Origin: Oscarella lobularis
Lineage: Eukaryota
Assembly (NCBI RefSeq): GCF_947507565.1
Contig: NC_089192.1
Span: 1,046,690-1,110,689, forward strand
DNA: 64,000 bases
Reading direction: 5' to 3'
Shown here: positions 12,601-23,700 of the stretch, piece after piece
Layout of the letters: the number at the start of each line of letters is the position of its first letter
How positions within the stretch are numbered: the stretch's first letter is position 1
Position numbers and translations under genes: made by a program
Notes under the pieces: model-generated
Told to the model about the DNA's origin: nothing
Seen by the model: only the letters and a program-made list of their open reading frames with translations
The model's database searches: none

Positions 12601-14493
12601 ATCTGGCCACCCGACAGCATACTCCGCAACCGATCCAACTCTTCTCTCAATTCCCTTATAACCTAAAAAAATAACCGTACATGAAAATCAAGCGCGTGGG
12701 GTCCCTTTGGATTCCTCTCCACCTTTGCATTTGGATCCTCATTGACGATGGCGTTGTTGACGATGCGCTTTGCTCTGTCGGCGTACCGTAGCGTCGACAG
12801 CGTCTCCTCGTAGTTATCCTCGGCCGGACTGACCGTGGCTACCATCACCGTCTTGCTATTGCCTCCGAGATTATCCTATAGTAAAAAATGATTAAAATAA
12901 TAAAACGATGTCACGGGGGGAGAGTCACCTTTAAAAGCCAGGTCAGTACAGAGTCTCTGTAGGGAATAAACGTTCCCTTCTTTGACTTTCCAGCTGACTA
13001 AAGATATCAAATTTCAAGCGAAGCAGACATTTAAATGCTCGTCGTTTTACCTGATCGGCGAGATTCGAGATGACAAGACCGAGCGTCGTCAACGACTTGT
13101 TGATATTGCTTCCCTCTCGAAGGCGATCGCCTTCGGCGCCCGATTTTCCGGCACGCTCGCTGCCCGCCAAATCGACGAGACTAATTCGCGAGACTTTTTC
13201 GTGCCCAGCCTAAGGGGGCCCCCCAATTGGGCGTTTTTTTCACATGATTTTGGAGGGGGGTTACTTGAGTTTCTGGATCGAACATCGTCTGCGTCATGAC
13301 GACGGTAAACACCGCATGAGAACGCGAACTCTCCGAATTCATATTCGTCGAGGCAACGGTGCGAGACTTATTTCCCTCAATCATGAGAGATTCAATGTCC
13401 TGAGACAAAACGCTATTATGTATGCACAAGCTAAACGTTAGGGATATATGTACTGCAAAGGATTTGACGGCGAGTTTTGAGAGTCCGTCGACGTAGGGAC
13501 CGAGACTCTGATGCTCTCGCACTTTCAACGATTGCTTTTGCCTATCGGGAGAAAAAATACGTTTTCTACTTTCGAATTCTAAATTTATTGATACCTTCGC
13601 GGATCGAGTAGGTCTCTCACTTTCTCATTATAGATTTCCATGTAGGAAACCTCGACCTTGAACGTCAGTCTCGTATCGTCGTTCTAGAATGCTCCAACAT
13701 CAGACCCCATGTCCATCAATAGTACGTATATATACGCTAACACTCGAAATCCTTTCGAAAAGAGAATCGCACAGTCGAGGTATGATCCCCTTCTGACCCG
13801 GTGCGCCCATCATGGTATACGACTTCCCGGAACCTAGCACACCGGAAACGAAAACACAAAGAGGTCATTCATTTATTTATCCTATAATCTATTTGTTTTT
13901 TTGAGAACCCGTCTGGCCGTAGGCAAACACGCAGGCGTTGTAGCCTTGGAAGGCGTTCTCCAGAACGTCGCGACCGAGCGCCTCGAACACCGCCTCTTGG
14001 TTCCTGTGCTTGGGATTCTTGTCGTCCATCGACCAGAAACAATGATCATAGGCAAAGTTCTATTGATAAAGGGTTACACTCTAAAGAATGTCTCTTAGAA
14101 ATGAAGAAACCTTTGTGCCCTTCCTACAAAAAAAACACGACGCACGTGTATTTAATTATTATTATTAATTTATTTTTTTTTCTGACGTACTTATTGCTCT
14201 TCAATGTCGTCTGCTGCGGAGTCATGTCAATGACGCAATTGCAGCCGATTTCGATTTCTGAGCGAATGGAACGCCCGTTAATTAGAAATCGTACCCGGAA
14301 GAACGAAAGAGAAGAGAGAGACAAGGGTCCTCCTTTGGGACCACCTCCTTCACCCCCGGCGAGGTGACGATACACCAGCCCCCCTTCTCCTTTCTCCCCT
14401 TCCCCCCCGTCCCCATTGCTCGTCTTTTCGCGTTCGTTTTCTACCTCTTTGGTTCATCGGGCGAACTCGCACGGCGACGATCACTTTCGACAT
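6625..14493 (-). CDS. Kinesin-3 family motor protein with C-terminal CAP-Gly domain (KIF13/Khc-73-like; motor, FHA, KIF1-type stalk, acidic S/E-rich region, CAP-Gly); about 20 or more exons
   Basis: Exon 1 (14493-14446) gives [16 protein letters not shown]. The motor exons give [81 protein letters not shown] and [39 protein letters not shown]. The neck gives [12 protein letters not shown], and the coiled coil gives [30 protein letters not shown]. The FHA domain lies on the minus strand at about 12020-11830. Further exons give [78 protein letters not shown] (KIF1 DPFYDRF..LVGRAFVYLSNL motif), [26 protein letters not shown] and [13 protein letters not shown]. The long S/E/T-rich exon is the 6889..8208 ORF. 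The terminal exons give [41 protein letters not shown], then an intron, then [28 protein letters not shown], which matches the CAP-Gly GKNDG motif. It is an inference that all these exons belong to one gene. Confidence 0.75.
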
Positions 14494-14765
14494 TGTCGCG
14501 AGCGTTTAGGATTCGAGATACGCGATGAAGTCCGTCTTTCGAAGGCGAGGCCGTTCGGCCCTCGAGGCGAGCGCTTCGCGGTTTCGTTGAATGGAGGAGG
14601 AGAAGCAGCCACGCCACGCTGGCCGAAGAGTAGAAGGCGCGTGCGTTAGGCCGTTATAACTCGAATTATCGTAGGCGTTACTGTTGCGCGCCTTTTTTTC
14701 TGGAGTCGAAGCAGCAAGTGATTCGACGTCAGAAAATTAGCACGCACAAAGTTAGTACACTGCCT
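14494..14765. promoter_or_regulatory. Putative bidirectional promoter between the divergent kinesin-3 (ATG 14493, minus) and TRMT11 (ATG 14766, plus) genes
   Basis: The two start codons are 272 bp apart on opposite strands. The region is GC-rich (gaggcgagcgcttcgcggtttcg..gccacgccacgctggccg). No TATA box was seen. Confidence 0.45.
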
Positions 14766-16873
14766 ATGCTGCAGTTTCTAACGGCGGGCATCTCACGCTC
14801 TCGTCACGTGCTCATTCTATTAGCGCACGGTACTAGATCTGAAACAGACAAATTCAATGTTGCGCTGTTTATTCCACTACGCCCAAGAGCACCTGGAATT
14901 CAGACTACCAGTATGCCGTAGCTACTGCAGCAGGAGCACGCCTCTGCAGCGCCTTCGTTGCAGGAATTCGTATCGTCGGCCGCTTTGGCCGGAATTGCCA
15001 ACGCAGAGATCGTAAAGGAATGCTCCCATGCAGCCTGCGACGTAATCGAATCAATTAAATTGAAGTGCTCGGCGCCCTAGGGACGTCTGCATTTATTACA
15101 TGTAGCTCAGTCCTTTTCTGATTGTCGACTTGCCATCAGAGGACGTTGCTCGTCGCATCGCGCAGAGATCGGTTTTAATGAAGCAAGCACAGAATATCAA
15201 ATTCCGATTTTTAATTATTAATTAATTAAAATTCTTGAAGATCTGTCATTGACTTGTGGGGCTTTGGAAGTGACCTGTCAAGTCTGAAGTCCTCTATACT
15301 TGCGCACTTACTAGACGAAAAAGAGGTATATAAATATAAGGAACATGCACACAGCATAGTCTGATGTTATCCGTGTTCAGAAGCAATTTATGTTGGAGAG
15401 CGTAACGTTTCGTATTCGCATTGAGGCCTTCAATAAAAAGTGCACGGACGAATACAGTGCCAGTTTGATAAAGGTACGAGGGGACGTTGATAGAATCCAA
15501 ACCATTATTATTGTTCATATTATAGCAACTCAACTTTTTGCCTTTCAAAGGAAGAGTAAATTTGCGGCGACCCGACCACACGTTCTGTCTGTTCTTAGAC
15601 TACGGCACCGATTCCACGACGCCCGCGCAACCGTACCGATTATTTTTCGGAAGAGAGGTCGGGACGTCGAATTGGTTTCGCCCTCGAAAAACAAAACTAT
15701 CTCGCTTCGTAGATTAGTATGAGCAGTCGTCATCTTCTCGACAGTTATTCGATTAAGAAACGACGCTACATAGGAAATACGTCGATGGATACCACGCTGT
15801 CCTTCTTGATGGCAAATCAAGCCAAAGTTAGTCGCTCTCTAGTCGAAATATTTATAAGTACGTAGGTTGTTTGTACAAGGTCAAGCCAGGTCAACTTGTA
15901 CTCGATCCGTTCGTAGGAACAGGTCAGTACACTAGGTCACATACCGTCTTTCTATAGACCCTATTATTTAGGAAGTGTTCTGATTGCGTGCGCCTGCTAT
16001 GGAGCTCACGTCGTTGGAGCGGACATAGATAGGAAGATCCTTCATGGCTGGGGTACAAAGATAATGAATATTGATTACTATATATATAAAGCCTAATTTT
16101 TATACTCTGTTGTAAGGAAAAACGTCGCGAGCTGCAGGGCCAAAGACAAGAGGTATTGTAGTCCCAGTACTTACACCAGAACGTGGCTCAACTTATGTGC
16201 ACTCTACGCAGGCCCCAACGACAATCTCTACATGTCCATGAAGCAATACGGTTTAGAAGCGCGCTACGTCGACGTATTAACAGCCGACGCCGCTCGTCCG
16301 GCGTGGACTCAGCGCTCGCCGCTCTTCGACGCTATAGTAACGGATCGTAAGACTATGATTGATCTCTATTTAATTAACTAAGCGAATGAGTGTCTTTAGC
16401 ACCGTACGGCGTTCGAGAAGGTTCAAAAAAGATTGGCTCAAAAAAGAGCCAAATCAATACCGTAGCAGACGAATAGTACGACCTCTAATTTCATGTATCT
16501 CTACTTGTTTATGTATTGTCTCTCTTTATTATAGTAAAGCCGATCACATTCCTGCCGTCACTCCCTATCGTCTAAGCGAGGTCCTAAGCGACCTACTCGA
16601 ATTAGCCAACAATACTCTAACCGTGGGCGGTCGCCTAGTCTATTGGCTTCCCGTGTCGAGAGCAGAGTAAATAATTATTTTATATATATTTTTTGATGGA
16701 CACGTTTTTTTAGCTATGAGCCGTCCCTCATTCCCGTTCACCCCGGTTTGAAACTGATCGCAAATAGCGAGCAAGTGATCAGCGGCCACGCGTCGAGACG
16801 TCTTCTCACGATGGAGAAAACGACTGAGAGCAAAGTGCCCATCCCACATAGACCACGTATTTCAATTCCCTAA
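14766..16873 (+). CDS. TRMT11: tRNA (guanine(10)-N2)-methyltransferase Trm11/TRMT11 homolog; about 10 exons
   Basis: The first two exons give MLQFLTAGISRSRHVLILLAH, an intron, then EHLEFRLP, matching TRMT11 LLLMAQEHLEFRLPE. Later exons give FRIRIEAFNKKCTDEYSASLIK and SSRHLLDSYSIKKRRYIGNTSMDTTLSFLMANQAK. SAM-binding motif I reads CLYKVKPGQLVLDPFVGTG. Further exons give EVF.LRAPAMELTSLERT.., RTLTVGGRLVYWLPVSRAE and the C-terminus YEPSLIPVHPGLKLIANSEQVISGHASRRLLTMEKTTESKVPIPHRPRISIP*. The exons are separated by 45-65 nt GT-AG introns. Confidence 0.8.
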
Positions 16874-17004
16874 TAACTGTCTGGTTTAGAACGATGCTAC
16901 GGTATCGGGAGCGGAAATTCACGACGCCTTCAGAGCGGCGTATTTTAAACGAAAAAATTAATCAAGGGGGAAGAAGAACGATTGAATTTCTTTTTAATTA
17001 TATA

Positions 17005-18506
17005 TGTATGTATGCGTGACATCATTTTTTTTCTGGAACGTTATACGGACTGACCTGTGTTCATCTTGAATTCAAACTCGGACACTTCGACTCGTTGCGG
17101 CTGCGGCTTCCGTGTCTCCTTCTCTGTTCCGCTGAGAACGCTCTGCATGACCTTTTCGGCGATGCCACGAAGTTCAGAGTCTTTTTCCTATGTGCACAGC
17201 ACTCGATGAGAATTCATACTCTGATTCATTGACGTCTCGAAAACCGTGTAGGCTTTGAGCAATTTTTCCTGCGCCCACGTGGCCATTGACTTGCTATCCT
17301 TTTTCGATTTCAAAGCAGATGACGCCTGACCAGAGCAAAAGATTATAAATATAAAAATATTACGAGTTGTCTTGGACACCATAAAAAAGCCGCAAAGCGA
17401 TCTAGTGCTGTCGGGATTCAGTTTCAGAGCTTGGGCGAAGTACTTGCGAGCCAATTCCATATTATCAGTACCACCCATAGAGTATAGTATCTATAAATGT
17501 CCAATGGAAAAATATGACAATAGCTCTTCATTCTAGAAACCTCTGCGTATCTTTGATGAAACAATGGCATGTGAGGATTGACGAGAATAAGTTCTTCCAT
17601 GCAAAATGCAGCGTGTTTGAAACTATGGCCAGCATAATTATTCAAAAAAATAAATAATTCACTCTTACTCCAATTGAGATATGTACAGATCGGCTAACTC
17701 GAGCCAAGCCTCGTGATCACTCATAAAGCTACATAGAAGCTCATGCGTGCATTTGCCCTATATATATAGTATCTCTTTCTCTTACTCCTTCAAATATTCT
17801 GTTAGAGCCTCGATGGCTTCAGCTACGTCTTGCTTCGCTTTGAGTACGGCCACTTTTCTCTTACGAGCCAACTGAAAAACCATTTACAGCTCTTTTCAAT
17901 TAAAACTCGTGCGAATTCTCTCACCCCATACGTCGAATCTTCTTTCAATATTTCGTCGTAGACTTCCAAAGCTTCGTCGTAGCTTAGAATATTATGACGT
18001 CATCATCATCATTCGATTCGAAAAATTTCTTCAAAAATTATCTCACTTTTCAATGGATTCTAGATACATTCCACGTAGTCGTCTGACTCTCAGGCTCTTG
18101 GGAAATTGGCGTTTGAGCTCGTCGGAATAAAACTTTCGTTAGGAAGAAGAATGACCCATAGGAATTCTTTCGTAGTGTCCAAAGTTCTCTTGCCTGTGCC
18201 AACTTCTGTTTTCCGCAGTCCAAGGCGGCGAGGAACAATTGCTCGAAAACTATCCACACTGTGAAGGAAATCGTTCGTGGGGACGTTCTCTGACGTTTTG
18301 CTTCTATGCTCACGCTCGTCTCCTAGTCGCGATCGGTTCTTTTCGACGAGAGGCTTGCCTATTTTGAGTACGGTCAAACTGTCGCGGTTCTTCGCCTCGC
18401 GAAACTCTTTTAGGCGCTCTCTCGCCTCCCTCCAGTCCAGTTGAACGTCTTCGGACGAACGGGAGATGTCCTCCACGCGTCCTCCACTAGCTTCAGAGTG
18501 AGACAT
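17005..18506 (-). CDS. EMC2: ER membrane protein complex subunit 2 (TPR protein, EMC2/TTC35); multi-exon
   Basis: The start gives MSHSEASGGRVEDISRSSEDVQLDWREARERLKEFREAKNRDSLTVLKIGKPLVEKNRSRLGDE, similar to EMC2 ..TWEEMRDKMRKWREEN..EYASKLGDD. Later exons give WIVFEQLFLAALDCGKQKLAQ, FCMEELILVNPHMPLFHQRYAEV and [37 protein letters not shown]...SALKSKKDSKSMATWAQEKLLKAYTVFE, the last a near-exact match to EMC2 [27 protein letters not shown]. The last exon ends ..KMNTEKK* at about 17008. Confidence 0.85.
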
Positions 18507-18919
18507 TCGGCAAATTTTGGTTTTGAGTCGAAATCCCGGATAAGGATGTCTACTAGTAGACCCACGTATATATAGAACCAAACTAACAATTCAACGACGA
18601 AAAAAGTGGCTGTCCTAACTCATGTTCAGTCTACCGAATAGGCACAGGATGCTGATCCTTCAAAAGTGACGTCACTAAATGAAAACAAATTTAGAAATAA
18701 GCATGTACACACGAACAGAGTCTTGACGTGCGTCAGCCTCACAAGAAACTCTGCGAGTCGGAGAGCCTCAGGCTGACCTGCAGGTGCCTCTAAGCAGCAA
18801 GAGACCACGTGAGGCAATCTCTGACGTAAATAATTGAAAAAAGACTACAGTTGTAAATAAGAACGAGGTTGTACAAAAATAGAAAAATAGAAAATGTAGC
18901 AGTACTACAGTTACTATTA

Positions 18920-19961
18920 TCATTGGCAAATGATGACGTCATGGCGTCCATTTACAAACCGCCCTTGTACCTTGCGTTGAAGGTTGCTATGTTTTAGCTG
19001 TAAAAACTCCTGAAAGCAGACATCTGCGCTAGAACGATTGTCCTCTTGATCGTCAATCAATCTTTTACAGATGGAAAACTGGTTGAACTTTCCGCGATTG
19101 TTCAGCTCCATAAGTTGATTCTGTCTCAAGCTGGCATCAGGAGGTCGGCAAAGGAAAAGTTCAATCAAGGTGACTCCCAAACTGTAGATATCGCTAGCTA
19201 ACGAACTTGGTTGTAGAAGAGAAACACGTTCCGGAGCCAAATAAGCTTTACTGAGGGGTCCACCGGAGACAGATCCAAGCCGATGAGCTGCTCCAAGATC
19301 GCCCAACTTAGCTTTCATGAAATTAGTCAGTAAAATATTCGTAGGGCGAATGTCGCCATGAATGTAAGGAATTGGCTGGCGAGTATGCAAGTAAGTGACT
19401 GCTGTGACAATGTCTCGTGCGATACTGATCTCCTCGTTGTCCTTGAGAGGCTCTCTGTGTTTTAGCAATTCGGCAAGCGAACCCTCCAGAAGTTCCGTGA
19501 CTATATGAATTTCGGTGATTGTTTGATCTTCCATAACGTTCACAAAGCCGTATGTAGTGACGATGCTAGGATGACACAGACGATGCAGTGTTAAAACTTC
19601 CTGTTCAATTCTTGCAACATCGTAGCTACTATAATTGATTACTTTGACGGCTACAGGTTGGTCAAGAAACAATCCGGTGTAAACGGCTAATACGTAATTA
19701 AATGAAAATCAGTAGTGAACACTACAAAAGCGTACCTCCAAAAGAGCCCGACCCCAACTTTTCCTGTTTGTTGACACGCACTGATCGCTGTTCAAGACGA
19801 AGAGGCTGTATAAACTTTTCAAGCTGCTTTTTCAATTCTTGACAAGACAATGAAGCGCTTTGAAGGCTTTGTGCACTCCAACTTAACTCCACTGCTGAAA
19901 GACGATAGATAATTGTCGACAAAGCACAGAACTTATAAATCATCTTACTGTTGCGTTGCAT
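18920..19961 (-). CDS. Protein kinase; 2 exons (19961-19722 and 19672-18920), N-terminal coiled-coil segment
   Basis: Exon 1 gives MQRNSKMIYKF...QELKKQLEKFIQPLRLEQRSVRVNKQEKLGSGSFGGTLL, containing the Gly loop GSGSFG, then a gtacgc..attag intron. Exon 2 gives AVYTGLFLDQPVAVKVI (VAIK lysine), ..TELLEGSLAELL.., YLHTRQPIPYIHGDIRPTNILL (catalytic loop with HGD in place of HRD), KLGDLGAAH (DLG in place of DFG) and YLAPE. There is no clear family assignment; it is TKL- or Ser/Thr-like. Confidence 0.75.
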
Positions 19962-19979
19962 TAGCTCTTTTAACTCTGT

Positions 19980-20230
19980 TGAGTGTTTCTAAGAATTATG
20001 TACAGATACTAGCAGAACATAGTACAGAAAGGAATCTCCGCACCTTTTGAATTTCTGTTAGCACTGTCTCATATTGTTGCCTAAGTGCTACCGCTTCTGC
20101 ATGCCGTTCCTAGAATTATGCACGAATAACGCAGACATAGCACAAAAAGTGATCTCTGCACCTTTTGAATTCGTTCTGTTTCCCTTGCTAGCACTGTCTC
20201 GTGTTGTTGCCTAAGTGTTGCTACTTCTGC
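19980..20230. repeat. Tandem duplication of a ~125-bp unit
   Basis: The stretch cttttgaatttctgttagcactgtctcatattgttgcctaagtgctaccgcttctgcatgccgttcctagaattatgcacgaataacgcagacatagcacaaaaagtgatctctgcac repeats with few changes at about 20040-20160 and 20160-20285. It lies between the kinase 5' end and the kelch gene 3' end. Confidence 0.7.
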
Positions 20231-21660
20231 AGCAATAAACTTTGCCACTCAGCATCAAACGATTCCTTTGTCTGTCACCTTTCTCGCAGTCACGTTTAAG
20301 CTCAGCAGTGCGCTCTATTGCGACGTCAGGGAACAGACTGGCAGTCAAGGCAGAAACGTCTACAAAAAACAGTAGAGAGTTGTTTATTAGCTAATGAAGA
20401 TAACATTATGGGAATGGAAAGCCACTAGGCAAGACACTAAAACGTGCTTCTTTAAAATCAATTTGAGTTAAAATGGTTCCAAACGGCGCAATGTACAAGT
20501 GCACTTACTTTGTTTTAGATGGTGATAAATGAATGTTCTATCTGGCACCACTCCCGCAACAACGACAACATCAAGCTGATTCCCCCTATTGTAGAGGCAT
20601 GCAACCGAGTGACCAGCAATTGAGCAAATAACTTTTCCTCCTTCATCCTAGTTAGAGCTCAGCATGACCACAATTTTACGTGTATAAATGTAACCCTTTA
20701 ATTACCTCAAAATGAGCAACACTCCATCGAGAATCATCAAAATTGTAGTAATAAGCACACTTGTCAAAGTTCCCATAGAACTGCCCACCGAGTAATAGAA
20801 AGAATGGCCGATTCTCAATGTAAAACCTTGATAAAGTGTGCTGAGCTTTAGGAGGTGGTCGCAAACCAGAAGAGAGAGAAACCAGCCGGAACTCCTAAAA
20901 AACAAATACAGTAGTCGAAACTACCTCTAATCTTTTCAATAGGGTACCCTTTTTACAATGTCAACAACAAAAAGATCATCGAAGTCATCACAGAAACCAT
21001 GACCACCATACAGGAGAGCTCGGTGATGATCGATTGGAGCCATTGCAGAGGCACAGCGCGGCTTGGGACGGAACCCAGCAGTCACAACATTTTCCCACTT
21101 GCCACCTATTTCAATTAATTATTTACCATTAGCATCATAGGAGTATAATTATACTTAACATTGAATAGATACAGCTCGTTGTTAAATCCTAATTGGTAGT
21201 CGGGTTCCTGAAGCCATTGGGCTCCAAACTGCAGCGCAGTGCCCGGATCTGGACCGTACCCACCGAAAAGCAGCAGAGTTTCCGAGTTTAGAGCCACCAA
21301 ACAGCAGCTTGATCGACCACAAGGTCTTTCAGAAGTTGGGTCTATCTCCTGTTTTCTCCAAATTAGATTAGTCGTGTTCAGACGATACATGTCCATCGAA
21401 CGACTCCCGTCTTCTCGTTTTCCGCCGTACGTGAACACCGTATCCTTAATTACTTCACATCGTGCGTAGCAGCACAGCGGGGGAACGTCTCCGGACGCCT
21501 GCCGCTGCTCCCAAGCGCCAGATGCGAGGCTGCAGATGCAGATTAGGTCCCTCGGGAAGAATTCCGATCCGTCCAGAGATGCTCCGCCCCACAGATACGC
21601 TTTGTCGCCCAGCACAGCAACCTCGGCATCGCGTCTCGGTTGCGGCTGCCATCGCGCCAT
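20216..21660 (-). CDS. Kelch-repeat (beta-propeller) protein; multi-exon, 3' end approximate
   Basis: The ATG at 21660 opens MARWQPQPRRDAEVAVLGDKAYLWGGASLDGSEFF...DTVFTYGGKREDG..MYRLNTTNLIWRKQ..PCGRSSCCLVALNSETLLLFGGYGPD. Downstream exons give ..RPPPKAQHTLSRFYIENRPFFLLLGGQFYGNFDKCAYYYNFDDSRWSVAHFE. The repeated hh.GG and W motifs and the GG doublets are typical of kelch blades. The terminal exons at 20216-20360 (..DVSALTASLFPDVAIERTAELKRDCEK..) are tentative. Confidence 0.55.
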
Positions 21661-21754
21661 ACTTACTCTTAGCGGAGTGGCTACGCCGACTGTCAATGTT
21701 TTCTAGAACGTTCTATCGGACGCATGCGTGTTTGGAGAATTCGGCCTGATTCAA

Positions 21755-23290
21755 CCATAGTAGTCAGGTGACCTGACCCTTCACGTGACCGGGGAGAAGG
21801 GTCAGGTCAAACGCCCTATGTCTAACTGTTGCCGCCGCACTGTACAGTGCGGCCCAATCACAGGCCGAGACCTCTGTGACGTCGTTATCAAATTAATTAC
21901 GTAGTACTCGCTGGCACGTGATCTCTGAGCCTCGGAAGAAGGGACCTTTATCGAACGCGGCGATAGAAAAAGCAATCGACTTCTCAGCTGCGAAGCTTCT
22001 CATCGAAAACGTCTATCCCGACGATCGACGATTACCTTCCAAATATCAAGCTCGCTGCGCGTCGACGAAGGTTCAAAAGTCGACGATCTCCACGTACGTG
22101 CATTCGCCGCAGCCTAGATACAACTCCAAAGCCATGTATCGTGTGCTGGTCGACCGTGTGGTCAATTACGTCACAATCAAGCTAAGTGGATAATTGGGGC
22201 TTCCGCATTCCTACGGCAACACTTCGACATAGGGCGTTTGACCTGACCCTTCTCCCCGGGTCACGTGAAGGGTCAGGTCACCTGACTACAACCATAGATG
22301 GAGGAGGGGGAGGGATTGGAAACTCCCCGATATCACGTGACTTTTTGTATAGGTTGCTTTGGCTCTAGGATCGTAGCTTCGGTTCCCGGATATTCCGCGA
22401 AATACGTAGTCCTTTTCTCCTCTTCGTTCAGCATCGACTAGAATTTCAGGTTGGGATGCGTTTTTTGTGATGTGCTTGAACAGTTTGCGTGAAATTATAC
22501 GCTGAAAATGTCTTCGATCGCGCCGAAATGACGCTTTTTCAACCGATCGAGCTTCGGCAGGGTAAACTCTGTCGATTCCGCGTCTACGACAAATTTTTGG
22601 TGATGAAACGCTGCCCTAGTGTTCTGTGCGTGCCATAGACGTAGTAATTTGCGCGTGGATTCGCTTAACTGTGATTTCGGCTCGATTTTGTTCCCGCCTA
22701 CTGTCGTCACTAGTGCAGGGTAAACTTTCTCTACGAAGACAATTCGTACCAACACTTCGTGCACAGCCATACTTGAGAGACATGTCTGTGCCACTAGGAT
22801 ATCATTTCCTCAGCTAAGTGCTTTGTTGATTTTTAACAATTTTTTTTAGATTATATGAACTGTGAGATTTGAAACGGCTCAAGTACGAAAGCCAGAAAGC
22901 AAAGAGAGAAAAACCCCAAAAGAAGACTTTAGAAACCTTTTGGTTTCTAAATTCTACTTATGACGTCATAAATTATAATTTGTTCTATTTTTTAGTCAAT
23001 TTGCATGGTACAAAAGAGTCGCTAGGCTAGCGTTTCAGAAATCTTCACCTAATGCACTGAGCCACCGTGGCTCAGAGTACTAGGTGAAGATTTCTTGACG
23101 GAATTCGACTAATCCTTGGAAATCGACTACAATTGTACGTTCGCTGCTATCACGTCGAAATGTTACAATCGATCGAAGCGATAGTCTCGTCGCGAACGCT
23201 TCGCAGGAAAGGCAGGACGCTTGCGACGATCGTAGAGCCACGGAAAGTCACGTGATATCGGGGAGTTTCCAATCCCTCCCCTCCTCCATC
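21755..23290. mobile_element. TIR element B (about 1.0 kb excluding nested MITE-A), ~55-bp TIRs atagatggaggag...ccgatatcacgtgac, 9-bp TSD gattcaacc; MITE-A is inserted 4 bp inside its left terminus
   Basis: The left terminus (after excising MITE-A and one TSD) reads atagatggaggagggggagggattggaaactccccgatatcacgtgac (22295-22342). The right terminus (23243-23290) is gtcacgtgatatcggggagtttccaatccctcccctcctccatctat. The sequence gattcaacc occurs immediately outside both ends (21746-21754 and 23291-23299). The interior holds an 80-bp hairpin (23040-23100) and a 99-aa minus ORF without recognisable homology, so the element is non-autonomous. Confidence 0.75.
21757..22290. mobile_element. Non-autonomous TIR element (MITE-A), 534 bp, perfect 64-bp terminal inverted repeats, perfect 9-bp TSD caaccatag
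   Basis: The left TIR is tagtcaggtgacctgacccttcacgtgaccggggagaagggtcaggtcaaacgccctatgtc (21757-21820). The right end (22229-22290) is its exact reverse complement. The 9-bp direct duplication caaccatag lies at 21748-21756 and 22291-22299. The TIR contains an internal palindrome and two CACGTG boxes. The internal ORF 21918..22193 has no recognisable homology. Confidence 0.85.
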
Positions 23291-23321
23291 TATGATTCAA
23301 CCGTTCACCTAATTAAGCTTG

Positions 23322-23700
23322 CTATCTTTCTTCGATTTCAAAGCAGATGACGCCTTACCAGAAAAAAAGATGATAAATATAAAAATATTACGAGTTGTCT
23401 TGCACACCATACTTGCGAGCCAATTCCATATTATCAGTACCACCCATAGAGTACAGTATCTATAAATGTCCAATGGAAAAAAAGATGACAATAGCTATTC
23501 GTTCTAGAAACCTCTGCGTATCTTTGACGAAACAATGGCATGTGCGGATTGACGAGAATCATGCAAAATGCAGCACGCTTGAAACTATGGCCACCAAATG
23601 CGCATATTACTCGAAAAACAAATAATTCACTCTTACTCTAATTGAGATATGTACAGATCGGCTAACTCAAGCCAAGCTTCATGATCACTCATAAAGCAAA
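23322..23700 (-). pseudogene. Duplicated fragment of the EMC2 gene (copy of about 17283-17732 with a ~60-bp internal deletion); non-functional
   Basis: The stretch cttgctatctttcttcgatttcaaagcagatgacgcc..ataaatataaaaatattacgagttgtcttgcacacc..cttgcgagccaattccatattatcagtaccacccatagagtacagtatctataaatgtccaatgg.. matches EMC2 exon and intron sequence around 17283-17732 at about 90% identity. It begins about 25 bp after the right TSD of element B. Confidence 0.8.

Noticed and set aside
21918-22794. ORFs inside the TIR elements (91 aa plus strand; 99 aa minus strand) as possible transposase remnants.
   Set aside because: They are too short and have no DDE/MuDR-like motifs. The elements are treated as non-autonomous.
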